This document shows, one piece after another, positions 1 through 12,678 of a stretch of DNA of 64,000 bases. Made by a program: the position numbers and the translations under genes. A model generated the notes under the pieces. The model was not told where the DNA came from, searched no databases, and was given only the letters and a program-made list of their open reading frames with translations. The DNA comes from Schmidtea nova (lineage: Eukaryota): assembly GCA_044892505.1 (NCBI GenBank), contig CM097882.1, positions 357,864,001 through 357,928,000 of the forward strand. Reading direction: 5' to 3'. Positions within the stretch are counted from its first letter, which is position 1; each line of letters begins with the position of its first letter.

Positions 1-124
1 AGGCTATCACTGAAAAGTAGTCAAAATCTTTTATTTTGATCACGATCAAAGGTTGAGAACAATTTCACAATGATTAAAAAAGGCTCACCTGTTATTTGTT
101 TCGTTGTTTATTTTATGAATATTA

Positions 125-181
<57 letters not shown>
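125..181. repeat. (ATT)n microsatellite
   Basis: Perfect ATT run directly visible, just before an N-gap (217-490). Confidence 0.95.
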
Positions 182-182
<1 letters not shown>

Positions 183-2244
183 GAGCAAGTGTTTCGAAAA
201 AAGTCGATATATTACTNNNNNNNNNNNNNNNNNNNNNNNNNNNNNNNNNNNNNNNNNNNNNNNNNNNNNNNNNNNNNNNNNNNNNNNNNNNNNNNNNNNN
301 NNNNNNNNNNNNNNNNNNNNNNNNNNNNNNNNNNNNNNNNNNNNNNNNNNNNNNNNNNNNNNNNNNNNNNNNNNNNNNNNNNNNNNNNNNNNNNNNNNNN
401 NNNNNNNNNNNNNNNNNNNNNNNNNNNNNNNNNNNNNNNNNNNNNNNNNNNNNNNNNNNNNNNNNNNNNNNNNNNNNNNNNNNNNNNNNNGAGCTTGAAA
501 AAAATAATTACGAAATAAGATTCAGCCTGTGCATAAAAGCGAATAGTAAATCAATCTGTCACCAGCTTTTAGGGTCAAACAGATTGCGATATTGTTCATT
601 AAAACTGTCCATTTTCTAATCACTAAAGATTATACTCATGAGACATTATAGACGTTTCATTACTTTTTTATTACCAGAACTACTGCAGATCATTGAATTG
701 TTCTGCAACAGAATAAGGTTTGATTTTTTTTATCGTTTGTTAAGTTGTATCAATCTTTATCCGTTGTCCGATTTATTAATACTTCATGAGTAGTTGCAAT
801 ATCCTTAATTTGAATGGTTTATAACAATATATAATTAAGTAAAATTAAATATTGTTATATACTACTTTCAAAATATTCATATGCTAAATATCTTAAAAGT
901 TTATTTTTTATTTGTACTTTGAAAGTATTTTATTAAAAGTAGTGAATTTTTGTCGCTCAAAATTATATTTAAAATTTTTGCTCTCATTTTTGTAACTTGA
1001 CTCATTTTTTAATTATTACGCATTTATTTAATTTAGCATTTGAATATTTCCTCAAAGATTTTGGTATTATTTTTATTTTTATGTCTACTTTTTATTTTCA
1101 TTTTCATTTGATTATTTATTAAAAAAAATTTCAATAATATTTATATGAAAATGAAGAGGAAAATAATTAAAAATATTTGATCAATGGTGGGGCATATCGA
1201 GGATTTATAATATCAAAAATAAAATTTCAGAATTATTAAATTTAAATAATTCAAATATGGAAAACCATTTTTATTTATTTTGTAATTAGAGTAAAACCGC
1301 GTTTCCCTCCGTCGTTACTAAAGGTAATTTTATTGCAGATAATCGTCCTGAACACTATCATACTCTTTTAATGTCATAACGAATATTATAGAACATTATT
1401 TCTACTGAAAGCAAGTGAGTTATATACTGTCTACGCACTTATTCTGACCGTTATTGACTACCGTTAAAACACCTGGGATTTAATGTAAAACATTTTTCTT
1501 CAAATAGTTTCTCCAAAAAAATATTCAAATTCCATTTCACAAAAATTCCTAAATATACAATAACAATTTTATAATATTAATAAATTGCTGAAACAGTATT
1601 ATAACATACAATTACCTTGAATGCTCTTTGAAACCCTTAAAGAGAAACTCTAGTATAGGAAGATAAATTTTTAATGTAAATGATCAATAAATACAAAGGT
1701 TCATGAAAAGATCTGACAAATTTTGAAATTATTTATTATTATAATCTCTCGCTCTTATATCTTAGTTGATTCTAGAATAATATTTCTCTTCTCTTTATCT
1801 CAATTTATCTTTAATTTCATTTGATTTCACCCTAATTTTCTATCGGTAATAAATAAAATTACTCTAACTGTTCGTTACTGTGAAACCGAATAACAAATAA
1901 CTTATATAGTATCTGCGTTTCTTAGTGTTAGAACAAGATTCATTAGTACATGGAATGTCTCGACTTTTCTTCAATTTGTATACTATGTCCATTAGGGTTA
2001 TGACTTTTTTTAATCTCTTATCCTGGGGCGTCAAATGATGAACTTTTAATATAACGAATATGACATTTATTTTGAGCGCCTTTACAAAAGGTTGGCGAGC
2101 CCAACACAAAATCTATACTAAACAAAACTTTTGTACTGAACAAAATGGGTCTTTTTATGTGTTGAAATAATTACAAATGCGTTTGTTACATGTGTACATT
2201 GGTGTTAATAAATTTCAGATTGAGATATTTGTCACTTTTGCACG

Positions 2245-3732
2245 TCACATAAATGTTTTCAAAGGTATTCTCAGCTCTTCAGCCACAATATTCGATCGGG
2301 GAACATCAATAACCGAGGGTTGAGTCACCCAGTGCGTTCTAAAGCATTTTATTGTTTTTTGGCAACCCAATTCGGACATAGCTGACAGGAGAATATCATA
2401 TACACAAGCATTGGAATGTTGGTCGGGGAACCACATTGAGGCCAAAACAGTAGATATAAAGTTGCATAGAGTGTCTAACTGATCACGATACTGAGGCAAA
2501 AGGAAATACACAAGAAGAGCAAATGTTCCTCGTGAGTTCCATCTTGCATTGCTTAAAGAGGAAAGTTTTCGCCACTTAATGATGGATAACACACCACAAT
2601 TCTTGTAAATTTTAAAAGCTTCGCACAATTCAAATAGAAATTTGTAATCATCTGGCCAACCGGTGTTGTTAATAGCTGGAACGGTAGGTCCACCAGTGTA
2701 TGATTTTTGAAGCATCTCATATTTGCTGACAATTTGTTCAACAAATTCGTAGTTCATGTTTGGTTTTTGTGAAGTAGCTGGTACAGAGAAATCAAGTAAA
2801 TGTCGTAGGATCAGGTCTAAAAATATGGTTTTGACAAACAATGTAGTGTGGTTTGTTGAACCCATTTTTTACATTCCTTTTGTATTCGAGAAACAATTTT
2901 GCAGCCTGTATTGACGTCTGTTGTATCACATACAATCATTTCATATTTCTCAAACGTCAAATTCATCTAAAAGCTCCGTCATTACCGTAAAAATGTCTTC
3001 CGCAATGCCACCTTTACAAATTAATACACGAAGGTTGATAGTTCGGGCAATACTTTTTAAACAAACAACTTGGTACTCATGATTTGATATCCGCTTCCCA
3101 TCAAAATGTAAGCAGAAGTCAGTTTCAATTTGCAGTATGGATTTCATTTGCAAAATCTTCTTTTCTACTTCTCTGATGACTCGTTGCCAAATTCCACTTT
3201 CTGACGGTGATGCAACCTGCGAGGCCCCTTCACTTGATAAATTACTGCAGACTTTGGAAGCTTGTCTGGTAGTCAGAGAACATTTGGAAACCAAATTAGC
3301 TGCCGACGTGATGCTTTCATATTTTTTGCACCTTTCCTCAACCTCGCAGTAAAAATTGGGATCTTCTAAATTGAAATCCTCGTCACATGTGGATTCATTA
3401 GATCCAACACAAGTAAGTGCTTCAATTGTTTCATCTTGAGATGTCTTACGGTGTTTTGATGGGTGAATAGATGACATAGGTGCAGGTTTTGCTGTTGTAT
3501 GGCCAACATAAGATGCAAACTGAATTTTATACAATTCTTTATCTTCGGAACACAACCATTCACCATTAGAATTTGTATTGTCGAAGGCATGTATCAAATT
3601 CTTCTTAAGTTCTTCGCTTTTCCTCTTCCGATATTTTTCATATGCATGAACTAATGCACTTATTATTCCATTCACCTGTTGTTTTGAAATTATAGGGAAA
3701 CTTAACTTTTTCCAAAGCTCTTCCACCTCCAC
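2245..3732 (-). pseudogene. hAT-like DDE transposase, frameshifted
   Basis: Motifs LHFDGK, CDTTDVNTG (frame change near 2950) and YIVCQNHI-LDLILRH (CxxH, frameshifts around 2865 and 2825) match the hATm-type pattern HWDGK...DTT.xNTG...CxHH. The subfamily name is recalled, not searched. Confidence 0.75.
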
Positions 3733-4225
3733 AATTCTTATATTCTAATTTTTGCTTTTTTCACCGTCTGATGGAGTCCTAATTATCATCCAACAATATC
3801 TTTCTTGAGAAGCATTTTGCACAGCTCGTTCAATTCTACCATACGCGAGGGTATTTCTGAACGTCTGGTGACTTTGTCTTTTAAATTTCCTCGCCATTGA
3901 CTTGAGCAGTTGTTGACAGCATTTGCCGATAATTTAGATGCAATGATCTAAAAGTTTGAAACATTTATTGAATGATTCATGCAAATTCACTAGGCATTTT
4001 TGTAGTTTTAATAATTGCTAATGAAAATCAGAAAACACTAAACTTTGGCTAATTAAAAAATTTAATAATTCTCCACAAATGCTCGTTTGTACCTAATGGA
4101 CTCTTAAATATGCTTTTAATTAACTTTACTTAAAAAATAATAATTCAATGCTTTAAAATTTTGAATGAATAATCTTACCATTATCTTACCATTAATCAAT
4201 TTCGTTCAATTAACTGTCTTATATG

Positions 4226-4394
4226 CTTAATGACTTTGATACGAATTAACAAATTCATTCTTCTGCTGAATTTTTCGATATCTATTTCTCTACTTTACCT
4301 ATTTTAGATCTTAATGACTTTGATACAAATTAACAAATTCATTCTTCTGCTGAATTTTTCGATATCTATTTCTCTACTTTACCTATTTTAGATC
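4226..4394. repeat. 84-bp direct tandem duplication in the subterminal region of the hAT element
   Basis: CTTAATGACTTTGATAC...ATTTTAGATC starts at 4226 and again at 4310, with one mismatch. Confidence 0.95.
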
Positions 4395-5209
4395 TATAAT
4401 TTTCATTACTTTGTTTACTTTTCAATCATACTTGCCCTGATTTTTCATATTTTTTATTCTTATTTTTCAAACTGATTGTAGATTAGTGCATAAATCACAT
4501 GACATTGGTCCTAAAAATTTCTATGCAAGCCAGGTTTTTTTCGAATTTTTCAAAAAACCATTAAAAGTCTACTAAAAATATAAAAACTCATCTAAAGAAA
4601 CCCAGTAGTCACAAAAATAAATAAAAGTGATTTGTAGTCATAACCCTAATGTTCATATATTCAAATCATGGCAGTAATAGTGTTTGAAAAAATGTCCACT
4701 TTCTTACCTGTCGAAAAAATCGTTGTTTAGTTTAAAGTCACAACTTTAAGCCAATTTTCCAAATTCTAGGCAAATTTAAATTCTAAAACTGATATTCAAT
4801 TTCCGCAAAATTGTTTAGCTAATATTTGAATAAATTGAATAGTTATTATTTAGATTTTAGTAAAATCTAATAAGCAACAGACAACAGAATACTTATCAAA
4901 TTTCCTTTTATAGTCTATAAAAAATTACCAAAATCGAGTATGATTTTCAGAGAATGCACAAAAATCACAAATTTATGTACTTACAATTTTCTTAAAAGAA
5001 ATAAGTAAAGTAAATAATAGTTATAGTAACAAAAAATCCATTCCTACTAAAACTAAAACAAGCATTTAAGTATTATGACAAAGCAGAATCATCATAAAGA
5101 ATAAATATTTGAAAATTAAAATATTAAATAGTTAACTTCAAATATTTAATACTATAATTGTTATTATAATATTGCAATTATTTTTATATTCTTCTAATTT
5201 TTTTAATTT

Positions 5210-5278
5210 CCTGGTGGAACCCTTAATATTACACTGCGGAACACTAGGGTTCCATGGAACCCAATTTGTGAAACATTG
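5210..5278 (-). mobile_element. Isolated hAT (Charlie-like) terminal fragment
   Basis: Reverse complement reads CAATGTTTCACAAATTGGGTTCCATGGAACCCTAGTGTTCCGC, typical of hAT termini (CAGTGTTTCTCAAACTGGGTTCCGCGGAACCC). No partner end or TSD found. Confidence 0.5.
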
Positions 5279-7561
5279 TTTTAACATATAACTGCACAAA
5301 TGATATTAAATGATGTTAAAAAACCATCCCACTTTTGAAGGGAAAAATTTTAATTTTAATTTATAAAATTATAATTAAATAATAAAAATATAAAATTAAA
5401 TTATTATATAAAAGACATAAAAATAATCTACTTAAATTTTTGTAAGCAAAACTTTTAAATTAAGTTCTTTCATAAATGTAAATTATAAGTTATAATTAAA
5501 AGAAGGTTGTTTTACACCATAGCCAGATAATTTAAATTATAAAATCAATGTTAATTTTTTTGTATGAAAATGTAAGGAATCTGTTACTTATTATTTACTA
5601 TTTGAAACAATTTACATAATAACAATTATTACAACACACTATAGAGCAGAAATAATAAAGAATGTTAATACATGCAAACATAGTATAGAGATAAAAAGAA
5701 ATCAAGAGTGTTGAAAATGTGTCTGCATTTTGTAAAGCTTGGAAATTGTTTAAGAGTAATGTTAGAATCCGAAGTTTTACTTTTATTTTAGATATCAATT
5801 TTTTAAGTTGGTGTGCGGGTTTTTAAAAAAATTGTTGTCACTTGGGGTTACTACAACCTATATACCATTATGAAAATGTTAAAACTCCCTAACTGGTGTA
5901 CCCATAGCTATTTCTCACAAAAGTTTAAAAAAATAACAGGTCATAGTTAAAGCCCCTGTTTAAAGTTAAAATTATGATTTTTCATCGTCTATTTATATTT
6001 TTTTTGAGTGGCTGTGTCTACTACCAATACGCTGTTGCTACACAAATTTTCTACATTTAACACTAGATTAGAAAAATGTATTTGTATGTGTTCAATTTTC
6101 TCTCCTTTTCTACCACTTTTCCGAACACGCCACCCGTGATATGGACACTATGCGTATGTTCACTCAGTGACTCCTTCAAGGTAGCATGCACGTATTTTCC
6201 AAAATAATTTGTATGTTACTATTTTTAGTAGCATTTTCTAAACTTATTTATGAGTCAACCAATAAGGTTATTTGTATTTGCTATCTAACTGTGTACATGT
6301 TAACCTTGCTTAATGATTAAATTATTTAGCTAAAACAAAGATAATTTTTATTTAACTATAACAAAGATAAATTTTTTTAATTCAATTTTATTTATTTTGT
6401 AAAATTTATTTTAAAATTTATTCTATTTATTTTCCAAATATTTATTTTTCAATTCTACTAAATTATGTGTCTATTGATTAAATAATTTTTTTTCTGTTTT
6501 TTTCTCTTATCTTTTTTATTTTAACGATATTTTAATAGGAATTTCTTCTGCAATTTTTAATAAATTATTTTCTTTATTTTAATACCAATTTTATTCTTTG
6601 ATCATGCTTTTTCCTAGCAATGATATATTCCATTCAATTCTCGTGTGGTCTTTCGTATGAAAATTTGACTTGCACTCAAATTGTGTGCTTTCTTGTGAGA
6701 TGCCTCTTTTTTATCGTATTTTTCCTTATCTCAATGACATGAAAAGCGGTTCATAAGATTACTATTGCTGCTTTATTATTCTAGGTACTTTTATGTTATT
6801 TTTCTGTTTAATGCTCTTATGTGTTATCTTGCAATTTGAATTATCCTCTTTTTGTGTGTATTTATTTTTGGCCGTATTCAAAAAAATTGAACCTCAATTC
6901 TACCAGCCCAACACCTTTGTTTAAATTATATGTTTAAGGTTGAGAATCAGGCAACGCGAAAAATATGAGAACTTCTTAAATAAATAATTAGTAGGGACAA
7001 GTGAGTGGTCTGTCACAAGCCATTTATCTCTAAACTGCATAAATTACATAATAATTTTACAGTAAACACCCGTCACCTAAAACATACAGTATAACGTCAG
7101 AATATGTGTTACTTATTAATTACACAATACTTTAAATATTACAAATCCAATGACCTAATACTTTAGAGATCGCGAAATATTTCATTCATTGTGTAATTCA
7201 TGATGTAACACTTTACAAATAATATAATACATTAGACATTATATAATTGATGATGCAATATTGGAAATTTTTAATTTTCATTTAATTTAATTTTTCAAAG
7301 TTTTTTCAAAAAATTAAGAAAAAACATTAATTTTTTACCAATCTACTGAGAATTGAACGGTGAACAAAAAAGGATGAAAAAGCCAAAACATGAAAAAATT
7401 GGTCTCCGCCGATTACATGTATAATCCTTACTCCAGGAATTTCCAAAAATTTAAAAATGGTCAGAATTAAATAACTTTTTTACCAATATACCAAAAATCA
7501 AGAAATCAAAGTAAAAATGGATTAAATTATAAAGAAAAAAAACTTGCAAAAAGTTAATAAT

Positions 7562-7897
7562 AATGAAAAATTAACGCAGTTTACCACATTTTAATGCTCT
7601 GATAAAGGCTCCAATTAATAATCGTATGAAAGATTTACAGGCTTTTCCCCCTTTCTTATCGATCATTATTATTTGCTTGAAGTTATTGTCAATATAATTC
7701 GTGGTAATGTAAATATTAGTAAAGTCAAAATATTATTACTACAAAAACACAAAAGATCTCTTTTATCACTAGTCAACACTAAAAATCTTAATCATTTTCG
7801 AAAGATTTTTTATAAAGAAAATGGCGGTTTACTAGGTATATTAATTCCAAGAGTATTATCAGCTATAAGTGCAATTTCATCGTTAAATGGGGGCTAA
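7562..7897 (+). pseudogene. Maverick/Polinton small basic protein with adenovirus-pX-like C-terminus
   Basis: VIVNIIRGNV...LQKHKRSLLSL...ENGGLLGILIPRVLSAI matches the recurrent Polinton small ORF (ALNILKGNV..LKKHK..QKGGFL.LL.P). The 5' part (7562-7670) carries stops and frameshifts. Directly upstream of the integrase. Confidence 0.7.
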
Positions 7898-8020
7898 AGA
7901 TTCAATACCCAACAAACATAATTTAGACTTGAAAATATTCACATCTTGTAGTAATAGTGAAGCAAATATTAACCAAAAAGAATCAAACCAAAAGTCAATT
8001 GAAAAAGATTTGGAAAAACC

Positions 8021-8597
8021 CAAAAGATCCCAGTTGGCTTGCTGGGATAAACAAAATTTCAAAAAGAGTAAATAATTCAAAGAAAGATACATAAAAATGG
8101 TTATCTGATCAATTGGCATATAGTTTAAATAAAACAATGTTGAAAAGATTTCCTACACATAGTTATAAAACAATTGGTGTTGATGATTGATGGCAGATGG
8201 ATTTATTGCAAATGATACCTTTTTCAAAAATAAATAATGGATACAAGTATATTTTGACTTTTATTGGTGTGTTTAGCCGCTATACACGTGCAGTTTCAAC
8301 AAAAACTAAATTTGCAAATGAAATGGCCGAAGCTATAAAAATTTTATATTCAGATGGGCAGACTCGAAATTTACAAGCTGATTTGGGTAAGATTTAAATT
8401 TGATTTAAACTGTTTTAAATTTTATTAATTTAAACTTTATAATAGTAAAGTTAAAGAAATTATCAAGGGTATTAATTTTTACTCGATATTTTCACAATTC
8501 AAACCAGTTGTTGTTGAAAGATTGAATCGAACTTTGAAAGATAAATTGAAAAAAATACTTTGTTTTTCAAGGAAATATAACTTGGATAAATGTTTTT
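8021..8597 (+). pseudogene. Maverick/Polinton retroviral-like (rve) integrase, 3'-truncated
   Basis: KWLSDQLAYSLNK..KRFP...GVDD*WQMDLLQM...GYKYILTFIGVFSRY...LQADLGK...VERLNRTLKDKL. In-frame stops and a frameshift. Cut off at about 8597 by a gypsy RT fragment. Confidence 0.9.
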
Positions 8598-10489
8598 TTA
8601 AATGTCTTCTTTCCTTATTGGGATCTGATGATATGCTTTTTGCAGATCAATTTTTGAAAAGTATTTTGCACCCTTTATTCGGTTAATTATGTCTTTTATA
8701 ATTGGTAATGAGTAGCTGTCTGGTTTTGCGATTTTATTTAGAAGTCTATAATCGCCACAGGCTCTCCATTCACCATTTGCTTTAACATCAATGCAAAAAA
8801 CCATTCGGAATTTGAATGTTTGACAATGTTGTTTTCCAGTAATTCGTCGAAAATGTTTTTCGTAATTTCTATTTTTTTGGGATCCAGTGGCCTTAATTTT
8901 GCGTGTACTGGATTTCCATTTGTTATTATCGCATGTTCAGTTATGTGTTCTGAATCATCGCTAAATTATACTGGTTTTGTTAATTCACTGAATCGATTCA
9001 GTATTTTGCTGATTTCTGGGTTAGTTTTATTTTGTTGAAATAGGACTTTATTTTCAGTGTTTCTTGAAACAACACCTATGACAATCTTAGGCTTTGTTTC
9101 ACTTATTATGTTAAGTTGTAAATTTATTGTGTTTGAATTTTCAATAAAACGCTTATTTTTGCAGTCGACCAGAAAATTGTATTTTGATAAGAAATCTGCT
9201 CCTATTATTGCTTGCTGAACTTCTGCTATCGTGAATGTCCATTTGTAAGTTTTATTGTTTATTGTTAGGGTTGTATCCTGTTCACCAAAAGTTTTTATGT
9301 TAGATCCATTGGATGCAGTTAGTAGTTTGTTTTGATTTTTGTATTTTTGTACAAAGTATGTGGTAGTACCAATATCACTGAACCTGTGTCCACTAGAAAT
9401 TCCAATTTATATGAATGTACTGAGAAAGTGTTTTGTTTATTCTCAAGTGTAGGTGCAACTACTGGTAACGTTTTCAGTTTTTCTGAATTTGTTCCGTTTA
9501 ATGTAGGAGCAACTATTAGTAAACTTTTCAATTTTTCTATATTTCTTTTCGTTATATCTGCATGGTTTTGTGCATTTGAATGCCTATTATCCAAATTTTT
9601 TAAGGTAGTAACAAAATTCTTGATTTGTTAGTCTGATTTCTGGTTTCTGGGATTTTTATCTTTTTTCAGTTTTAGTGTTTTTATTGTTGTGAAAGTTTTG
9701 GTGTTGATTTCCTAAGTTCGGCTTTGGCCTGTTGAGCCTATACGATGTTTGATTTTGACAGTAATTTTGTTTTAGGTTTTTTTCTTTAATTTCATTTTGT
9801 TCTAATTTGAATCTCTTATTTTCAGTTGCTATATTGTCAAGTTGACTTATTAAGTTACAAAGGATTTTATTTGTTTCATTAAGTTCTGTTCCCTCATTTT
9901 CTTTCTCATCTTGTCATACTTAGATATTATATTTTTGTTGTTTTAAGTGTTGTTAACACTGGGGTAAGCTCCTGAGTTTATTTTATTGACCATATCTATC
10001 AACATTTTATTTTCAGTTTCATTAATTTTAGTTGCTAATCTTTGCACTGTTCTTTGCTCGTTTGAGTCACAGTTTGCTAATTTTGCTTGGCTACTTTTCG
10101 TTTATAAAGAAATTTGGGATGGGGTTAATCGTTGCGATAATTTTTTATGCTGTTAAAATTGTTTATTTTCTTGTTTTATCCTTTACTTATTTTGAAATTA
10201 AAATAGGGTTTATTAAAAGGATATAACCTACTGTGTTCGGTCAAAAGACCTCACCATTCTTTATAGTTCTATAATAACTATGATAAAAGAAAAAATGATT
10301 TGAAAACAAATTTCGTCAAATGTGTTGTGTTTAATGTTTTTTGCTTCTGACACCAATTTATATTGTGAAATATAATTTTGTATTATTGTGAATGTAGTAT
10401 GTAGTTAAATATGTGTTGTAAAAGACAATTGTAGTAGGAGGTAGTGTCCGGTCTGGATCCGTACGAGTTATCGCGCGTTTTTAGTGCCA
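8598..10489 (-). mobile_element. Degenerate Ty3/gypsy (CsRn1-like) fragment A: LTR remnant, PBS, deleted gag, protease, RT N-terminus
   Basis: PBS TGGTGTCAGAAG at 10344-10355, decayed CHCC gag motif (CYY.KKFG..AFKCTKPC), protease FLVDTGS and RT GEWRACGDYRLLN...FSKIDLQKAYHQIP. Colinear with element B but diverged. The outer LTR boundary is approximate. Confidence 0.85.
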
Positions 10490-10994
10490 TTTTTAAAGTG
10501 TGTTTTGTTTAAATGTTTGGAATTTTTTATTATTTTTTTTTATTAATTAAATTATTTTTTTTTTATTTAAATTATTTTTTTTATTAATTAATTTTTTTTT
10601 AATTATTTTTTTTTAAATATTATTAATTTACTTTTGTTAGTATATAATATTAATGATATTATAATTTTTGAAACACTTCAATGATAAACATTCAATGAAA
10701 GCAGTACTCAAAATATTATAAGCATATAACAAAATGAGACGACTGTGCACAACAACAACAAAAAAAATTACATGGTGAAATACGAAAAATATTAAACTAA
10801 TTATTTATTACAATTATTATTATTAATATTACTATTATTTCTATGACATAACCATAGTTTCTAAAAATTATTACCCAAATTATAAAAACAGACTGAAACT
10901 AATCTGTAAAATTTATAACTAAATAATTAAAAAACAAAGTTTTTCAACAAATTTTATTTTATAAAACTGTTTTTTCTTCAGTTGGATCTTGAAA

Positions 10995-12678
10995 TTATTG
11001 ATCTGAATTGATTCTGGGATCGGTATGTTGAAATATAACCAAGTCACCTCCCATATAATGGCCATATGCCAAGCTTTTATTTTTCGCAACCCATTTCCTT
11101 TTATCATCTGCGTTTGTCAGTGCAGTCTTTTCACTTTTAATAGTAAAAAGTTGGTGATTTTTACTTGTGATTCTTGTTTGGGGAACAGAAAATATTTGGT
11201 TATTATTAAAACAGTCCATGTACGACTAATGTTTTATGTCAGTACCCGCCAATGTTGCCCCTTAGCTTTATTAGTTTCCTCGCCACCTAAAAGACTATAA
11301 CATTTAGGTCTAAGAAACACCCACTCCTGGTACTTAAGCCCTTTATTCTCGTCTTTGAACTTGCCAATGACAGAATCAAGGTTCCTACTATATAATGGGT
11401 GATTCGGATCAGAATTAGAAGTGTCAAGTAATTTATCTCTTATCATGGCCGGTAAAAGAATATCAAGCTTACAATTTCTAATCTCAAGAAAAAATGAATC
11501 GGTGTCACCAGCTACGATGTTGATTTCGCAGTTGAATTCGTTACGATATTTTTGTAACTCTTCATACTGCAGCTGGTACATTCTAAGTTTAGATAGATCC
11601 AGTACAGTTTGACCAATGTAGCTAGGTCTATCCAAACACACCGAATCTTTATTCAGTAAGACGGCAACCAAATCATCGTCAATTTCGAATGTCCTTTTGA
11701 AAGTTGGCTTAAAAGTATATGTAATCAGCCTAGAAGCCGAATTACATAATCTTAAATTTATGCGCTTTTTAAGATTCTCTACGGTTTTACCGTAGAGACT
11801 ATTATTCATTAATTTATAATAATTTTTACCCAGAGCATTACTTGATTCTGCTCTAAGTCTGGTATTGGTATCGATGTAATCCTTAAAAATACATGCTTGT
11901 TTAAATTTAATTGCCCTATGGACATGAGTTATTTTTACTCTAAGAGAAAGAAAAAGTTTGAGAAGTCTCCAATGAAGAACATAGTTCTTCTTGGAATAAT
12001 GCGTAAGCATCAACTTCTCAACCTTTGAGCCAGGTGGACACATCTTTTCAGCGGCAACTGGAAATCATCCAGCTTGTCGTGAATCGAATCAGGAATTTCT
12101 AAATCGACTTCTAATGTAAATCCAAATGTTAATACTTCTAAATCAGCAGATTCACAATAAAAAATTATTTTATTTAATTTTTTCCTATCAGTTATCCATT
12201 TAAATTCTTTATAAGGTAGTTTTTGGCTTAAAGCCCACCCATATAAATTATTTATATCTATATAAAGAAGCTCAGTGTCGTCGGAGGATACTACATGGTG
12301 TTTGTTAACAAATGTTAACCCCCCATGGATCCCCCCTTCGAAAAAATTATACATCTCCATATCTTGAAGCAATTCAATAGGAGATTTCAAAGTCATCAAA
12401 GCTGAATTCCATGACATGCCTTGAATTCCCAAGAAATTAAGAGGCTCAAGTCGGTTATGTGCAATGGATTTTGCCCTAAATTGCTGAAAAAAGTCGGCAA
12501 GTAAGAAAACATCCGAGTTCAGATATAGCATCATATAATCAAACAATGTTTCACAATTAAATTCATCCCATATCTGTTGAGCTTTTTCATACTCGTCAAT
12601 ATTAACTCCCTCCCAAATCGGTGGTAACTCGTATGTATTTTGTAAAACCTCTAAAGAAGTTGCAAAATTATATGGGAA
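10995..12678 (-). pseudogene. Maverick/Polinton protein-primed DNA polymerase B, copy 1, 3' part
   Basis: pPolB motifs YIDINNLYGWALS, KLMNNSLYGKTVEN, AGDTDSFF, FLRPKCYS and KRKWV. Frameshifts near 12040 and 11240. Confidence 0.95.

Larger units (their letters stand above)
1993..4648 (-). mobile_element. hAT-superfamily DNA transposon (hATm-like), both ends present, defective
   Basis: 13-bp perfect TIRs TAGGGTTATGACT (1993-2005) and AGTCATAACCCTA (4636-4648). 8-bp TSD with one mismatch: ATGTCCAT (1985-1992) and ATGTTCAT (4649-4656). Encloses a transposase pseudogene. Confidence 0.85.

Noticed and set aside
189-518. ORFs made largely of X (also at 23.4, 34.7, 41.9, 50.0, 56.8 and 61.8 kb)
   Set aside because: They are open only because they cross N-gaps.
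1990-2000. TTAGGGTTA as a telomeric or interstitial telomere repeat
   Set aside because: It is a single unit and is explained as the hAT TIR plus TSD.
5800-7560. Maverick terminal inverted repeat (AGT/AG-rich ends) upstream of the small ORF
   Set aside because: No (AGT)n or (AG)n terminus or matching inverted partner was found, so the element boundaries remain undefined.
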